A stretch of DNA of 64,000 bases. Source: Spirochaetia bacterium. Its GTDB lineage: Bacteria; Spirochaetota; Spirochaetia; UBA9216. The translations under genes and the position numbers were made by a program. Below the pieces are notes generated by a model, which was given only the letters and a program-made list of their open reading frames with translations, had not been told where the DNA came from and made no database searches. This document shows, piece after piece, positions 1 to 9,715 of this stretch. Positions within the stretch are counted from its first letter, which is position 1; each line of letters begins with the position of its first letter. The DNA lies in the NCBI GenBank assembly GCA_963677925.2, contig CAXXYH010000003.1, positions 480,001-544,000 of the forward strand. The letters are read 5' to 3'.

Positions 1-745
1 CCCCGGCTTTGATCCGATGAACCGTAAGATGAAGATAAAAATAAAGAAGACACTCACCTGACATTGTAAACTGATATCCAAGGCGTCCTGAAAGATCAGA
101 TAATATTTCGAGTATAGCGGAATAGTTATTCTCAAAATTTATTTTATTCATCATGAACTTGAGCTGATTTATCTCAAGAAAAGTACTCCGGTCCTCCCGT
201 ACATTATAAAGATAGGGAATAATTGTTTTGGATGAAAATGACTCTGTCATCAGACTTAAAAACTTCAAACGCACAGCCGATTCATTTCCGGACAGTTTTA
301 TTCCGATCCCCTTCATCCGGTTTAACCTTAAACCTGAAGATTCAAGTTCAGATTCAATTTGATTCAGATCTCCCCAGACTGATGTATCGCTGATATAAAA
401 AGTATTTGCAATTGCCGATATTTTAATTTCCCGGTTATTTACAAGCAGATAGAGAAGGATATTTGTTTTTCTCTGACTCGAGTCAAGCGACTCGATGTAA
501 TTATCCGGCTCATTTATTATATCCAGAAGTTCATCAGCAGTTTTACCGAATGAAATTACCCTTGTTCCGTTATTCGGTTTTCGCTCAAGACTCCCGCCCC
601 TGAAAGACAGCCATCGCTCAATAACATCCAGATCCCTTGAAACTGTTCGTTTTCCGACAGAAAAAGCTTCGGCCAGTTCTTCAATTCGGAGAAATCCCTC
701 ATGAAGAAGCATAAACCTCAGCATTTTCTTCTGACGGTCTTTCAT
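1..745 (-). CDS. BglG/MtlR-family PTS-regulated transcription regulator (5' part; runs off the window)
   Basis: Absent from the ORF track. Hand translation from ATG 745, which overlaps the ptsI stop (TGATG): MKDRQKKMLRFMLLHEGFLRIEELAEAFSVGKRTVSRDLDVIERWL...KISAIANTFYISDTSVWGDLNQIE. This gives two tandem HTH domains typical of MtlR/LicR; lies directly downstream of ptsI. Confidence 0.85.
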   Translation of the reverse strand, partial: MKDRQKKMLRFMLLHEGFLRIEELAEAFSVGKRTVSRDLDVIERWLSFRGGSLERKPNNGTRVISFGKTADELLDIINEPDNYIESLDSSQRKTNILLYLLVNNREIKISAIANTFYISDTSVWGDLNQIESELESSGLRLNRMKGIGIKLSGNESAVRLKFLSLMTESFSSKTIIPYLYNVREDRSTFLEINQLKFMMNKINFENNYSAILEILSDLSGRLGYQFTMSGECLLYFYLHLTVHRIKAG

Positions 746-2457
746 CAGAGCAGATCTCTTTCATTCAGAAAGCGGTTAAGTCTTGCACTTATTGCTTCAG
801 AGGCAGGCAGCCTTAAAATTTCTGTAACCAGCTCTTTTGCCTCTGCCGAATCAATCTGTCTTACTATTCTTTTCAATTTCAGAATATTTGAAGCAGTTGT
901 ACTCAGCTCATCAACGCCAAGACCTATAAAAAATGGAAGTGCGAGCGGATTTCCTGCAAGTTCACCGCAGACACCATTAAGCTTTCCCTTCTTTGAAGCC
1001 TTTTTGATCACATGGGCAATAGAGCGTAGAACAGCAGGATGAAACTCATCATAATATTCATTCATAGACGGATTACCTCTGTCCGCCGCGAGCGTGTATT
1101 GAGTCAGATCATTTGTACCGATACTGATAAAATCTACCTGTTCAAGAATTTCTTCTATCAGCTGCACAGCTGCCGGAGTTTCAATCATCACGCCGAGTTT
1201 AAGATTATCAGGACCATTCCAGGCAAGTGCCTGCTTCTCTTCTTCAACTATAGCCCTCACCCGCTGAATTGGTTTTAATGAACCTATCATCGGAATCATC
1301 ATCCCTACAGGTCCGGCTTCACTTGCTGTTAACAGTGCCTGGATTTGAGTTCTAAGTACATCTTCCTTCTGAAGCAGAAGCCTTATCCCCCTGACTCCCA
1401 GGAAGGGATTATCCTCATGCGGTAACGGCCAGTAAGACAGCGGCTTGTCAGCGCCTGTATCTAAAAGACGGATAATTACATTCCTGCCCTTCATTTCTTC
1501 GATGGCAGAACGGTAAACCTGTGTCTGACGTTCAAGCGTCGGAATGCTTTTTGTTTCCATAAAAAGGAATTCAGTTCGAAAAAGTCCTATTCCTTCAGCA
1601 TTATATTTTTTTGCATTATCGATATCAAAAAGGCCGCCGACATTAGCATATAATCCGACAGGCTTTTTGTCAGAAGTTTCTGAGGGAAGATTCAGAAGGG
1701 TCATCAGCTCGGCTTTTTCTTTCTGCTTACGCAGGAGATTTCTTTCAATGATTCGGATGGTATCTGCGTCCGGATTTATCCAGACCTCGCCGGTGTCACC
1801 GTCAAGATATACCTTATCTCCATGCCTGAATTCCGAAAAAAGATTTTCATCATTAAGAATAACTGCAGGAAGTTCAAGTGAACGTGCAATTATTGCAGCA
1901 TGTGAGTTCTTTCCTCCCTTTTGAACAATGAAACCTCTTACCTTCGACATATCAAGCGAGGCAGTCTGTGTTGGAGTCAGTTCAATGCTTACAACAACAG
2001 CATCTTCCGGCAGCTCAGCATCATCACCAAAACTTCCGCTTATTCCCTTTACCAGCTGTCTCCCGATGTCTCTGAAATCCTGACCGCGTTCCCTGAAATA
2101 TTCATCATCCAGTTCTTCCATTTCTCGGGCATTTACTTCAGCAAAGATCTCCGCTGCTTTTTCAGCACATATCAGCTTTTCGGTAATAATTTCGATAACA
2201 CCCTCTTCAACATCATCGGAAGTAAGTATTTCAAGATGACCTTCAAATATTTCCGCTTTATCGTCACCAAGCTCAACACGTACTTTGTTTATAAGCTGTT
2301 CAAGTTCCTGTGCTGCCCGGGTTCGCCCCTGCCGGAATCTTTCGATTTCTTTTTTTATCTCACCAGGCTTTATACTTCTGGCGGCAACTGATCCTGTTTC
2401 AGAAAACAGATGAACGGTTCCCCAGGAAATTCCTTCAGATACTGAAATACCTGTCAT
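745..2457 (-). CDS. ptsI: Phosphoenolpyruvate-protein phosphotransferase (PTS enzyme I)
   Basis: GGKNSHAAI phospho-His motif, GIGLFRTEFLF, MIETPAA, SIGTNDLTQY, VCGELAG. Start moved from 2484 to ATG 2457, which has GGAG 8 nt upstream. Confidence 0.95.
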   Translation of the reverse strand: MTGISVSEGISWGTVHLFSETGSVAARSIKPGEIKKEIERFRQGRTRAAQELEQLINKVRVELGDDKAEIFEGHLEILTSDDVEEGVIEIITEKLICAEKAAEIFAEVNAREMEELDDEYFRERGQDFRDIGRQLVKGISGSFGDDAELPEDAVVVSIELTPTQTASLDMSKVRGFIVQKGGKNSHAAIIARSLELPAVILNDENLFSEFRHGDKVYLDGDTGEVWINPDADTIRIIERNLLRKQKEKAELMTLLNLPSETSDKKPVGLYANVGGLFDIDNAKKYNAEGIGLFRTEFLFMETKSIPTLERQTQVYRSAIEEMKGRNVIIRLLDTGADKPLSYWPLPHEDNPFLGVRGIRLLLQKEDVLRTQIQALLTASEAGPVGMMIPMIGSLKPIQRVRAIVEEEKQALAWNGPDNLKLGVMIETPAAVQLIEEILEQVDFISIGTNDLTQYTLAADRGNPSMNEYYDEFHPAVLRSIAHVIKKASKKGKLNGVCGELAGNPLALPFFIGLGVDELSTTASNILKLKRIVRQIDSAEAKELVTEILRLPASEAISARLNRFLNERDLL

Positions 2458-2459
2458 AA

Positions 2460-2720
2460 TCAATGCTCCAGATTTAGAATACACTCAGAAACAGCTTTCA
2501 ATGCAGCCTCTTCATCAGCTCCGTCACATTCAAGTTCAATCTCATCGTTGCTGCTTACTCCGAGTTTCATTATTTTAAGCAGGCTTTTAGCATCGGCTTC
2601 TTTATTACGGTATTTGATTTTTATACTGCTTTCAAACTTTTTCGCCTCGGCGACTACATTCTTAGCCGGCCTTGTGTGCAGGCCTGTAGGATTTCCCACC
2701 AATATATTTTCACTAATCAT
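2460..2720 (-). CDS. ptsH: HPr phosphocarrier protein
   Basis: NPTGLHTRPA (His15) and ADAKSLLKIMKLG (Ser46) motifs; 86 aa. Confidence 0.95.
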   Translation of the reverse strand: MISENILVGNPTGLHTRPAKNVVAEAKKFESSIKIKYRNKEADAKSLLKIMKLGVSSNDEIELECDGADEEAALKAVSECILNLEH

Positions 2721-3627
2721 CTAATTCCTCTTTTATCCAGCCGGGATGAATACTCATAGCATTTCTGGATGCATATTCCCGTCCTCTGTCAACAGCAGCT
2801 TCAAGGGAAAGCCCCTCTGTTACAGCCTGTGCAATTCCTGCGGTCATAGAATCTCCGCATCCTATTGTATTTACAGCCTTAAGCTTATCGCTGGCTGTTT
2901 CAAACAATTTTCCATTTTCGGCAGTCAATGTGCCTTCAGGACCCCTTGTAACAATAAATGCCGTATGGTATTTCTCAGAAACCCCGACCATACTTTTTTC
3001 AAGGCCGCCGGAGTCTCCGAAAGTTTCAACAAATTCATGTTCATTAATTTTTATATAATCAGGTCTGATTGTCTCAGATATGAATGATTCAGAAAGATCC
3101 CTGCCCCGGTAATCCGCAAATAGAAGCAGATTACGCTCTTTTACCTTTTTAACCATAAACGGAATTATTTCATCAGAGAAACCTGCAAGACGGCTTCCTG
3201 ATATGATCACCGCATCCCTGCACCCGGGCAGCAGCTCAATAAATTTTTCCCTGAATGCGGTTTCCTCATCAGTACTTATCAGCTCAGGCTCTCCTGCAAC
3301 AAGCTCGGTACATCGATTTTTACTTTCTTCCACTATAGTCGAGCAGATACGAACCCTTCCGGCCGTTTCAACTGCAGTAAGCGGTATAGAATCTCTTGCA
3401 CAAAGTTTTTCAAACTCAGCCTTGTTCTCTCTGCCGGCTACAGTAAGACAGGCGGTATCCGCTCCTCCCTGAACCAGAACCTTACAAGTGTTAACGCATT
3501 TTCCGGCAGCATCTGTGTAATAGGTACGGCTACGGTTCACCTCACCGACAGTGAAGTCTTCAAACAGCAGCGTTTTCTGAATTGCCGGGCTCAGGCCGAC
3601 GCAAAGAATCCCGAATGAATCTTTCAT
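2713..3627 (-). CDS. 1-phosphofructokinase-family (PfkB) hexose-phosphate kinase
   Basis: N-terminal LSPAIQKT...AAGKCVN and C-terminal NTIGCGDS PfkB signatures. Confidence 0.85.
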   Translation of the reverse strand: MKDSFGILCVGLSPAIQKTLLFEDFTVGEVNRSRTYYTDAAGKCVNTCKVLVQGGADTACLTVAGRENKAEFEKLCARDSIPLTAVETAGRVRICSTIVEESKNRCTELVAGEPELISTDEETAFREKFIELLPGCRDAVIISGSRLAGFSDEIIPFMVKKVKERNLLLFADYRGRDLSESFISETIRPDYIKINEHEFVETFGDSGGLEKSMVGVSEKYHTAFIVTRGPEGTLTAENGKLFETASDKLKAVNTIGCGDSMTAGIAQAVTEGLSLEAAVDRGREYASRNAMSIHPGWIKEELDD

Positions 3628-3629
3628 AA

Positions 3630-4889
3630 CTATATAGCAGCTCCGTTTTCAAGAAGATAATTCTCTGCCTCTACACTCCAAAGTCCATCGTTTCCGGAAA
3701 CTATTGCAGCAAGACCTCTATATAGTTCAGATTCACCTGCTTTTTCCGACAGTTCATCAAGAGCTGTTAAAGGCATTGAAATACCAGTATATATCAGTTT
3801 TTTACCGCCGGGGAGTTTTGGCAGATTTAAAGTTGCATCAATTACCGCATCAAGCCCACCTATATGAGTAACAAGCACCTGAGGATCAATCAAATCCTTT
3901 TCCATTAAACTCAGCGCCTCTCTCATATCATCAACCGTACCTCCGGTTGTACCTATTATATGCTTTTCCTGATAATGCACATCATAATAATTAAGTTTTG
4001 CTGAAAGTGAATGATCAGTAGGGCCCGCAAAGAAATTCATACAGCCGTTAAATCCAAGCAGACTTTCTGCAAATTCAAGAACTGCAGCAGACGGAACCAT
4101 AACCAGCATATCAGAGAAGCCTTCGTTCTCGGTAAGTCTCATTATAGTTGCATGCGGATCTTCAAGTTCACCGGTATTGATGAAAAGCAGGGATATTCCG
4201 TACTTTTCAGCCTTTTTACTGAACAGCTTTGAGGCTCTTTTCAGACGGTTGTTATCAAGATCAGTCACAATAAGCTGCTCCGGCTTAAACTCTCCTGTGA
4301 TAGCATAATCAATAGCTGCCAGCCCCATCGGTCCACAGCCTCCTATAATTGCCATACGGCCGCCTTCCTTGATTCCCATGTAGTGATTGTGATTATGTCT
4401 GTCAGTTCGGTACAGGGACCGGCAGGCGCCGATAACACATGAAAAAGGTTCTGCCAGTGCAGCCTTAAAATACCCTTTACCATCGTATGGAAGCAGGCAA
4501 TCCATTATCATCACTTCCGGTGGAAGTATCATATAAGTTGCATCTCCACCGCAGTATTTATATGAATACCCCGGTGAATCCATTGAACCTTTGTAATTCA
4601 AAGCCGGCTGAAGCGAAAACTTCTGTCCGACTTTGTATTTTGTCTGCCAGTCTTCACCGATCTCAAGGATCTCTCCTGAAAGTTCATGCCCTACTATGAC
4701 CGGGTTTTCCGCGGCATCATTTGGGACACGCTGATGGTCGGTGCCAAGTACAGCAGCTTTGTATGTACTCATACATAAGCTGTCCGCATTTACCCGTACA
4801 AGTATTTCGTCACTTTTAACGGCCGGAAGATCAAACTCTTCCAGCCTTAAATCCATTTTACCATAAAGGCGTACAGCCTTAGTTTTCAT
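3630..4889 (-). CDS. Zinc-binding dehydrogenase, L-sorbose-1-phosphate reductase (SorE)/YggP-like
   Basis: MKTKAVRLYGKMDLRLEEFDLP, DSLCMSTYKA, GHE, GGCGPMG, THIGGLDA, LPGGKKLIY; matches the SorE/YggP subfamily by recall. Confidence 0.85.
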   Translation of the reverse strand: MKTKAVRLYGKMDLRLEEFDLPAVKSDEILVRVNADSLCMSTYKAAVLGTDHQRVPNDAAENPVIVGHELSGEILEIGEDWQTKYKVGQKFSLQPALNYKGSMDSPGYSYKYCGGDATYMILPPEVMIMDCLLPYDGKGYFKAALAEPFSCVIGACRSLYRTDRHNHNHYMGIKEGGRMAIIGGCGPMGLAAIDYAITGEFKPEQLIVTDLDNNRLKRASKLFSKKAEKYGISLLFINTGELEDPHATIMRLTENEGFSDMLVMVPSAAVLEFAESLLGFNGCMNFFAGPTDHSLSAKLNYYDVHYQEKHIIGTTGGTVDDMREALSLMEKDLIDPQVLVTHIGGLDAVIDATLNLPKLPGGKKLIYTGISMPLTALDELSEKAGESELYRGLAAIVSGNDGLWSVEAENYLLENGAAI

Positions 4890-5348
4890 TTAATTCTCCT
4901 GATTCTCAAGTATCGATATAATTGCAGAAACATCCTCAGCCTTTATAAGGGCGTCAACGGTTTCCTCTTCATCACACAAGTCAGCAATCTGTGAAATTGC
5001 TTCTTCATTGTGCTCCTTTACATTAGGTGCTGCCATAAAAATCAGAAGACTTACCGGGTCATTATCGGGATCATTAAAACTCACCGGCTGCTCCAGTGTG
5101 ACAATGCCATATCCCAGAGCCATGGCTCCTTCTTCCGGTCTTGCATGTGGCATAGCTATGCCCGGTGCAATTACGATGTACGGACCATTATCCCTGCATT
5201 TCTGTACGATGGTTTCAAGGTATTCAGCAGTCGCTGCACCGTTATCCACCAGGATTTGTCCTCCCTTAATTATGGCATCTTCCCAAGTTTCAGCCTTAAG
5301 TCTGCAGATTACAGCTTTTTTACTTACTATATAATCTGTGAATCCCAT
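4890..5348 (-). CDS. PTS sugar transporter subunit IIA (Fru/Mtl/Ula type)
   Basis: GPYIVIAPGIAMPHARPEEG phospho-His motif. Confidence 0.92.
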   Translation of the reverse strand: MGFTDYIVSKKAVICRLKAETWEDAIIKGGQILVDNGAATAEYLETIVQKCRDNGPYIVIAPGIAMPHARPEEGAMALGYGIVTLEQPVSFNDPDNDPVSLLIFMAAPNVKEHNEEAISQIADLCDEEETVDALIKAEDVSAIISILENQEN

Positions 5349-5362
5349 TTAATCTCTCCCGC

Positions 5363-6772
5363 TTAGCTTTTTACTGTTTCTTTACCGTGGCTGCTGAGAA
5401 CCACCTCAACCACATCCTTGTATTCAGGTGCGTTTACAAGATTTGTTACACTCACAATCTGAGCTTTTGTACCGGAAAGCCTTACTCTTTCAGCAAGATC
5501 CCGATGGCATATAACCAGGTCGGCATTGACAGGTATATCGTCAACCGAGCAGTGTTCCACCTTTATATCAAGACCTTCTGACTTAAGCATTTTTGTGAGC
5601 TTGTTTGCGCCCATTGCACTTGATCCCATACCTGCATCACAAGCAAAAAGTATTTCTGTAATTTTGCCCTTGCCCTTGCTCTCAGCCTTCATGTTAACCA
5701 TCTGGTCCTGAGCATCAGAAAGAGAATCATCTTCCATAGTCAGAGCGAATTTTTTTACAAAAGGCATGGCAATTATAAAAGAAACTGCAGTGGCAACAAT
5801 TACTCCGGCAAGAATCGGCAGATGTCCGCCTCTTGGAGCGACTGCCATAAGTGCAAAGATACTTCCGGGTGAAGGAGTAGCTACAGCACCTGAACCAAGA
5901 ACGAGGTTTGTGAGAACACCGGCTGCGCCGCCGCCCATGGCTGCAAGAATAAGAATCGGTCTCATCAGGATATACGGAAAGTAAATCTCATGAATGCCGC
6001 CGAAGAAATGAATAATTATAGCGCCAGGAGCTGAGGCCTTTATATTTCCCTTTGAGAATAACCAGTAGGCAAGAAGAATTCCAAGACCGGGACCCGGGTT
6101 GGTTTCAAGCAGAAAGAGTATTGACTTTCCTGTTTCCTGAACCTGCTGAATACCCAGAGGACCAAGAATTCCATGATTCATTGCGTTATTGAGAAAAAGG
6201 ACTTTTCCGGGTTCAATAAAGATAGAAACAAGAGGCAGAAGTTTTCTGCTGACCAGGAAGCCTACTCCGCCCTGAAGAACTGTGATTATCGCTGTAAGGA
6301 TAGGCTGCATGACGAAGAAACCGAAAAGAGCAAGAATCATTCCGATAATACCGGCGGAAAAGTTATCAACGAGCATTTCAAAACCTACAGGAATCTTTCC
6401 CTCAACAAGCTTATCAGATCTCTTAATAACCCAGCCGGCAAATGGGCCCATTATCATCGCACCGATGAACATCGGGACATCTGTACCTACAATTACACCC
6501 ATCGTTGCAATTGCACCCATAACACCGCCGCGGACACCCCATATCATTTTACCGCCTGTATACGCGATCAGCAGTGGAAGCAGATAGGTAATCATAGGAC
6601 CTACAAGAGCGGCAAGTCTTTCGTTAGGTACCCATCCTGTAGGAATAAAAAAGGCGGTAATCAACGCCCATGCAATAAACGCGCCGATATTCGGCATGAT
6701 CATTCCGCTTAGAAAGCGGCCCATTCTCTGTACACCTGCTTTTACAGATACAGATTTACTAACAGTACTCAT
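5363..6772 (-). CDS. mtlA: PTS mannitol-family transporter subunit IICB
   Basis: GRFLSGMIMPNIGAFIAW, LFLNNAMNHG, ETNPGPGLG, GGIHEIYFPY; IIB motif FACDAGMGSS. Confidence 0.9.
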   Translation of the reverse strand: MSTVSKSVSVKAGVQRMGRFLSGMIMPNIGAFIAWALITAFFIPTGWVPNERLAALVGPMITYLLPLLIAYTGGKMIWGVRGGVMGAIATMGVIVGTDVPMFIGAMIMGPFAGWVIKRSDKLVEGKIPVGFEMLVDNFSAGIIGMILALFGFFVMQPILTAIITVLQGGVGFLVSRKLLPLVSIFIEPGKVLFLNNAMNHGILGPLGIQQVQETGKSILFLLETNPGPGLGILLAYWLFSKGNIKASAPGAIIIHFFGGIHEIYFPYILMRPILILAAMGGGAAGVLTNLVLGSGAVATPSPGSIFALMAVAPRGGHLPILAGVIVATAVSFIIAMPFVKKFALTMEDDSLSDAQDQMVNMKAESKGKGKITEILFACDAGMGSSAMGANKLTKMLKSEGLDIKVEHCSVDDIPVNADLVICHRDLAERVRLSGTKAQIVSVTNLVNAPEYKDVVEVVLSSHGKETVKS

Positions 6773-6883
6773 ATCTAAACACCTCTCAAAAATATTTAAG
6801 TAATTATTGAGCAGGTTTTTAAATCTTAAAAGAAATTGTAATTTTTAAATGGCATCAATTAGCATTAATTAATTTGGCAACAA

Positions 6884-7390
6884 TTAAATTATAAGTGATT
6901 TTTCATAGAAATAAAAAGAATATTCTCTAAAAGGGAAATAACCCTCGCCCATTCTGCGGAATCCGTTTTTTTCATACAGTTTTAATGCTGCAGGGTTTTT
7001 ACTGTATGCATCAAGTCTTATGAAAGAGTAATTATTCTTTAATGCAAATGCTTCAATAAATTTCATCAATTCTCCTGCAGTTCCCTTCCCCTGCCGATCA
7101 GGATGAACTGATAAGCGGTGAACAACCAGACACTTCTGCGGATTTTCAGACCACTTGATAGTCTTATACTCTTCAGGCTGATCTTCATTAATTGATACGT
7201 ATGCAGCACATTTGCCATCTTCAATCAGAATGTAGGCGGATTCAGTTCTTATATCATCCACAATTATTGAACGATCCGGGTAATGTTCATTCCACTGAAA
7301 AATGTCTTTATTTTCCATATCTTTCACACAGGAAGCTATAATTGTCATAATATTTTCAATGTCGGTTATTTCAGCAGGTACAATTTTCAC
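6884..7390 (-). CDS. GNAT-family N-acetyltransferase
   Basis: HRLSVHPDRQGKGTAG acetyl-CoA motif; NPAALKLYEKNGF. Confidence 0.9.
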   Translation of the reverse strand: MKIVPAEITDIENIMTIIASCVKDMENKDIFQWNEHYPDRSIIVDDIRTESAYILIEDGKCAAYVSINEDQPEEYKTIKWSENPQKCLVVHRLSVHPDRQGKGTAGELMKFIEAFALKNNYSFIRLDAYSKNPAALKLYEKNGFRRMGEGYFPFREYSFYFYEKSLII

Positions 7391-7458
7391 TGCAGTCTTC
7401 TCCGTAAAAATCTGGATACCAGGGCTGATTATAGCAGAATTTGAATAAAATATAGAAC

Positions 7459-7482
7459 GGGCATCCTCCGTAGAAGATGCCC
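7459..7482 (-). terminator. Hairpin with C(UACG)G tetraloop, probable terminator of the 7520-8548 gene
   Basis: Minus strand GGGCATCTTC-TACG-GAGGATGCCC, 38 nt after the stop, followed by a weakly T-rich tail. Confidence 0.6.
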
Positions 7483-7519
7483 CATTAATTTTTTCTGTTT
7501 TTATATCTGATATTTTTTA

Positions 7520-8548
7520 TCAGTGAATTGTCTCCCAGGTTTCATTTCTGGCTCCGGGCAGAAGTTCTGTGAAGCAGTAACCTACCCGCTCATCATCAGC
7601 ATTATAAACCGCACAGAGTTCCTCAAAGTAACCGATGTTAACCTGACCGTCCATCAGCGGTACAATGGTATAGACCTCGTCCTTTACGCCCGGCATTGTC
7701 AGTTTCCAGCTTGAAGAAAACTTCAGATTCTGCTCTGTTGCAGTTGTAAAGCTGGTCGCTTCAATACTGTAGTTGTTCAGCCGGCTGTATGAACCGTCTT
7801 CCCTGATATAAGTTCCGTCAACTGCATCTACAGCCGGAAAAGTGAAGAGCATCAGCTCCTCATTATCATCAAACCTTATAGAAAACCATTCCCACTGGGT
7901 TGCCCTGTCCTGAATGGTATAATCGCCTCCCTGCCGGTCAAACCATGATTTGCCGCTTACATTAAGTACCTTACCGTCAATCACAATTGTTCCTGTTGTA
8001 GGCATATTGGTATACGAATAGTAGATTGTGCTTTCAGTTGTAGTTTCAGGATTCCCCATTATAAGAAAGCCGTCATCACAGTGCCATACAGGCCCCTTTC
8101 CGTAATCAAGATTCAGATTAAATGAAACCTCCTCAGTATCAGCATTGATGATCATACTGTTGTCAAATTTTTGAACAGAGGTAAAGTCTTCCATCTGAAC
8201 TCTTGTCTCATTAACATACAATCCTTTTTTATTCATCCTTACATTGTTGAAAAGATGATGCTCATCATTTGTGAAGTCAGTGAGGGCCAGCTGTGTAACT
8301 ATCGGTTTCAGTATTCCCATTTTATTCTGGGCTATAGTGAACTGGTATGAATACATATTGTCATCTTCATCATACAGAAACCCGGTCGCATACCACCATC
8401 CGTTTGTTCCTGAATAACTCAGCCATTCTTCCTCAAATGTTCCATGCGCCTGACCTGAGTACGGAATTTCCTTTACCGAAGTACTCATGCAGGAAGACAG
8501 CATCGCAATAAGCAACATGGCTACTGCAGCAAATTTTGTCTTTTTCAT
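7520..8548 (-). CDS. Lipoprotein, AttH/CrtC (lipocalin-like hydratase) family
   Basis: Lipobox LSSC; GWWYATG, YYSYT, GKSWFDRQ and WEWFSIRFDD motifs. Confidence 0.75.
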   Translation of the reverse strand: MKKTKFAAVAMLLIAMLSSCMSTSVKEIPYSGQAHGTFEEEWLSYSGTNGWWYATGFLYDEDDNMYSYQFTIAQNKMGILKPIVTQLALTDFTNDEHHLFNNVRMNKKGLYVNETRVQMEDFTSVQKFDNSMIINADTEEVSFNLNLDYGKGPVWHCDDGFLIMGNPETTTESTIYYSYTNMPTTGTIVIDGKVLNVSGKSWFDRQGGDYTIQDRATQWEWFSIRFDDNEELMLFTFPAVDAVDGTYIREDGSYSRLNNYSIEATSFTTATEQNLKFSSSWKLTMPGVKDEVYTIVPLMDGQVNIGYFEELCAVYNADDERVGYCFTELLPGARNETWETIH

Positions 8549-8702
8549 AATTTGTCTCCTTGTACAAGTGTATGTTTTCCTACACCTGTTGTTTTAATTT
8601 CTGTTAGATAATATAATGAGTTATTCACCGGCGGGAAATATCAGATGCAGATATCTGTCGGTTAAACAACACATTTATTCATATGTTGGATTTGAGGGAT
8701 TT

Positions 8703-9242
8703 ATGGACAGACGTATCAGAAAGACAAAAAACTCTATAAGAAAGCTGCTTCTGGAAATTATGGAGACGGATCCGGCTAACAGGATAACTGTAACCGAAAT
8801 TTGCGGAATGCTTGATATAAACAGAAGCACATTCTACAGCCACTACGAAAGCATCGAAGATGTTCTTGCAGAAATAGAAGATGAGCTTATGGATGAAATT
8901 ACTGCAAAAATAAGGAGTAACCAGGGAAAGGATTTCAACTCAGTTCTAAATGAAGTATCAGCCGGCATATCAGCAAATAAAAAGATATATCAGATACTGG
9001 TAAAATCCCATACCGGCAGATTCACCTGGAAACTGAGCGAAACTATTACAAACCTGCTTTCAATTGAAAACCGGGAAGCAGACTGGAAACCGAGACTGAA
9101 GTACAGCCGAGAATATATTAAGGCGTTCATGGTATCCGGACTAATCGGACTGCTGCTTGAATGGCTGAAGCATGACTGCACCGATACTATGCCGGCGGTT
9201 TCCAGAGAAATGCAGAGGTATTTCAGCAATTCAGATGTGTAA
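8703..9242 (+). CDS. TetR/AcrR-family regulator, divergent from the AttH-like gene
   Basis: MDRRIRKTK...ITVTEICGMLDINRSTFYSHY HTH. Start moved to ATG 8703 (GAGGG upstream). Confidence 0.9.
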   Translation: MDRRIRKTKNSIRKLLLEIMETDPANRITVTEICGMLDINRSTFYSHYESIEDVLAEIEDELMDEITAKIRSNQGKDFNSVLNEVSAGISANKKIYQILVKSHTGRFTWKLSETITNLLSIENREADWKPRLKYSREYIKAFMVSGLIGLLLEWLKHDCTDTMPAVSREMQRYFSNSDV

Positions 9243-9313
9243 ATTCATATTCCGAATTTTGACCATAACCCTTATTTTTATTATCTTTGCTTAATAAGAT
9301 GAAGGAGAACTGA

Positions 9314-9715
9314 ATGGAGTTTACACTTACAACCCCTGCGCTGCTGTTTCCTGCGATATCACTGCTGCTTCTTGCATATACAAACCGCTATCTCACAATA
9401 GCAGGACTCATCCGTGATCTGCATAAAGAATCAGCGAAGACGCATGAAGATCATCTTGAACTGCAGATAAAAAATCTCCGTTCACGGATTTATATAATCA
9501 GGAACATGCAGATATTCGGGGTAATTTCATTTTTTCTGTGTGTAGCTACCATGCTGCTGCTTTTTTACGGCCAAAGTACTGTCGGAGAGATTCTGTTCGC
9601 AGTCAGTCTTCTGTTTCTATTAATATCGCTTGCTTTGTCGATTAAAGAACTGACTATGTCCATAGGGGCACTAGAGATTCTGCTTGACGACTGTGATAGA
9701 AAACCTTCAGTCTGA
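9314..9715 (+). CDS. DUF2721-family membrane protein
   Basis: TTPALLFPAISLLLLAYTNR signature; three hydrophobic segments; AGGAG SD. Confidence 0.8.
   Translation: MEFTLTTPALLFPAISLLLLAYTNRYLTIAGLIRDLHKESAKTHEDHLELQIKNLRSRIYIIRNMQIFGVISFFLCVATMLLLFYGQSTVGEILFAVSLLFLLISLALSIKELTMSIGALEILLDDCDRKPSV

Noticed and set aside
474-485. TGACTCGAGTCA palindrome
   Set aside because: Single copy inside a coding region; compatible with chance.
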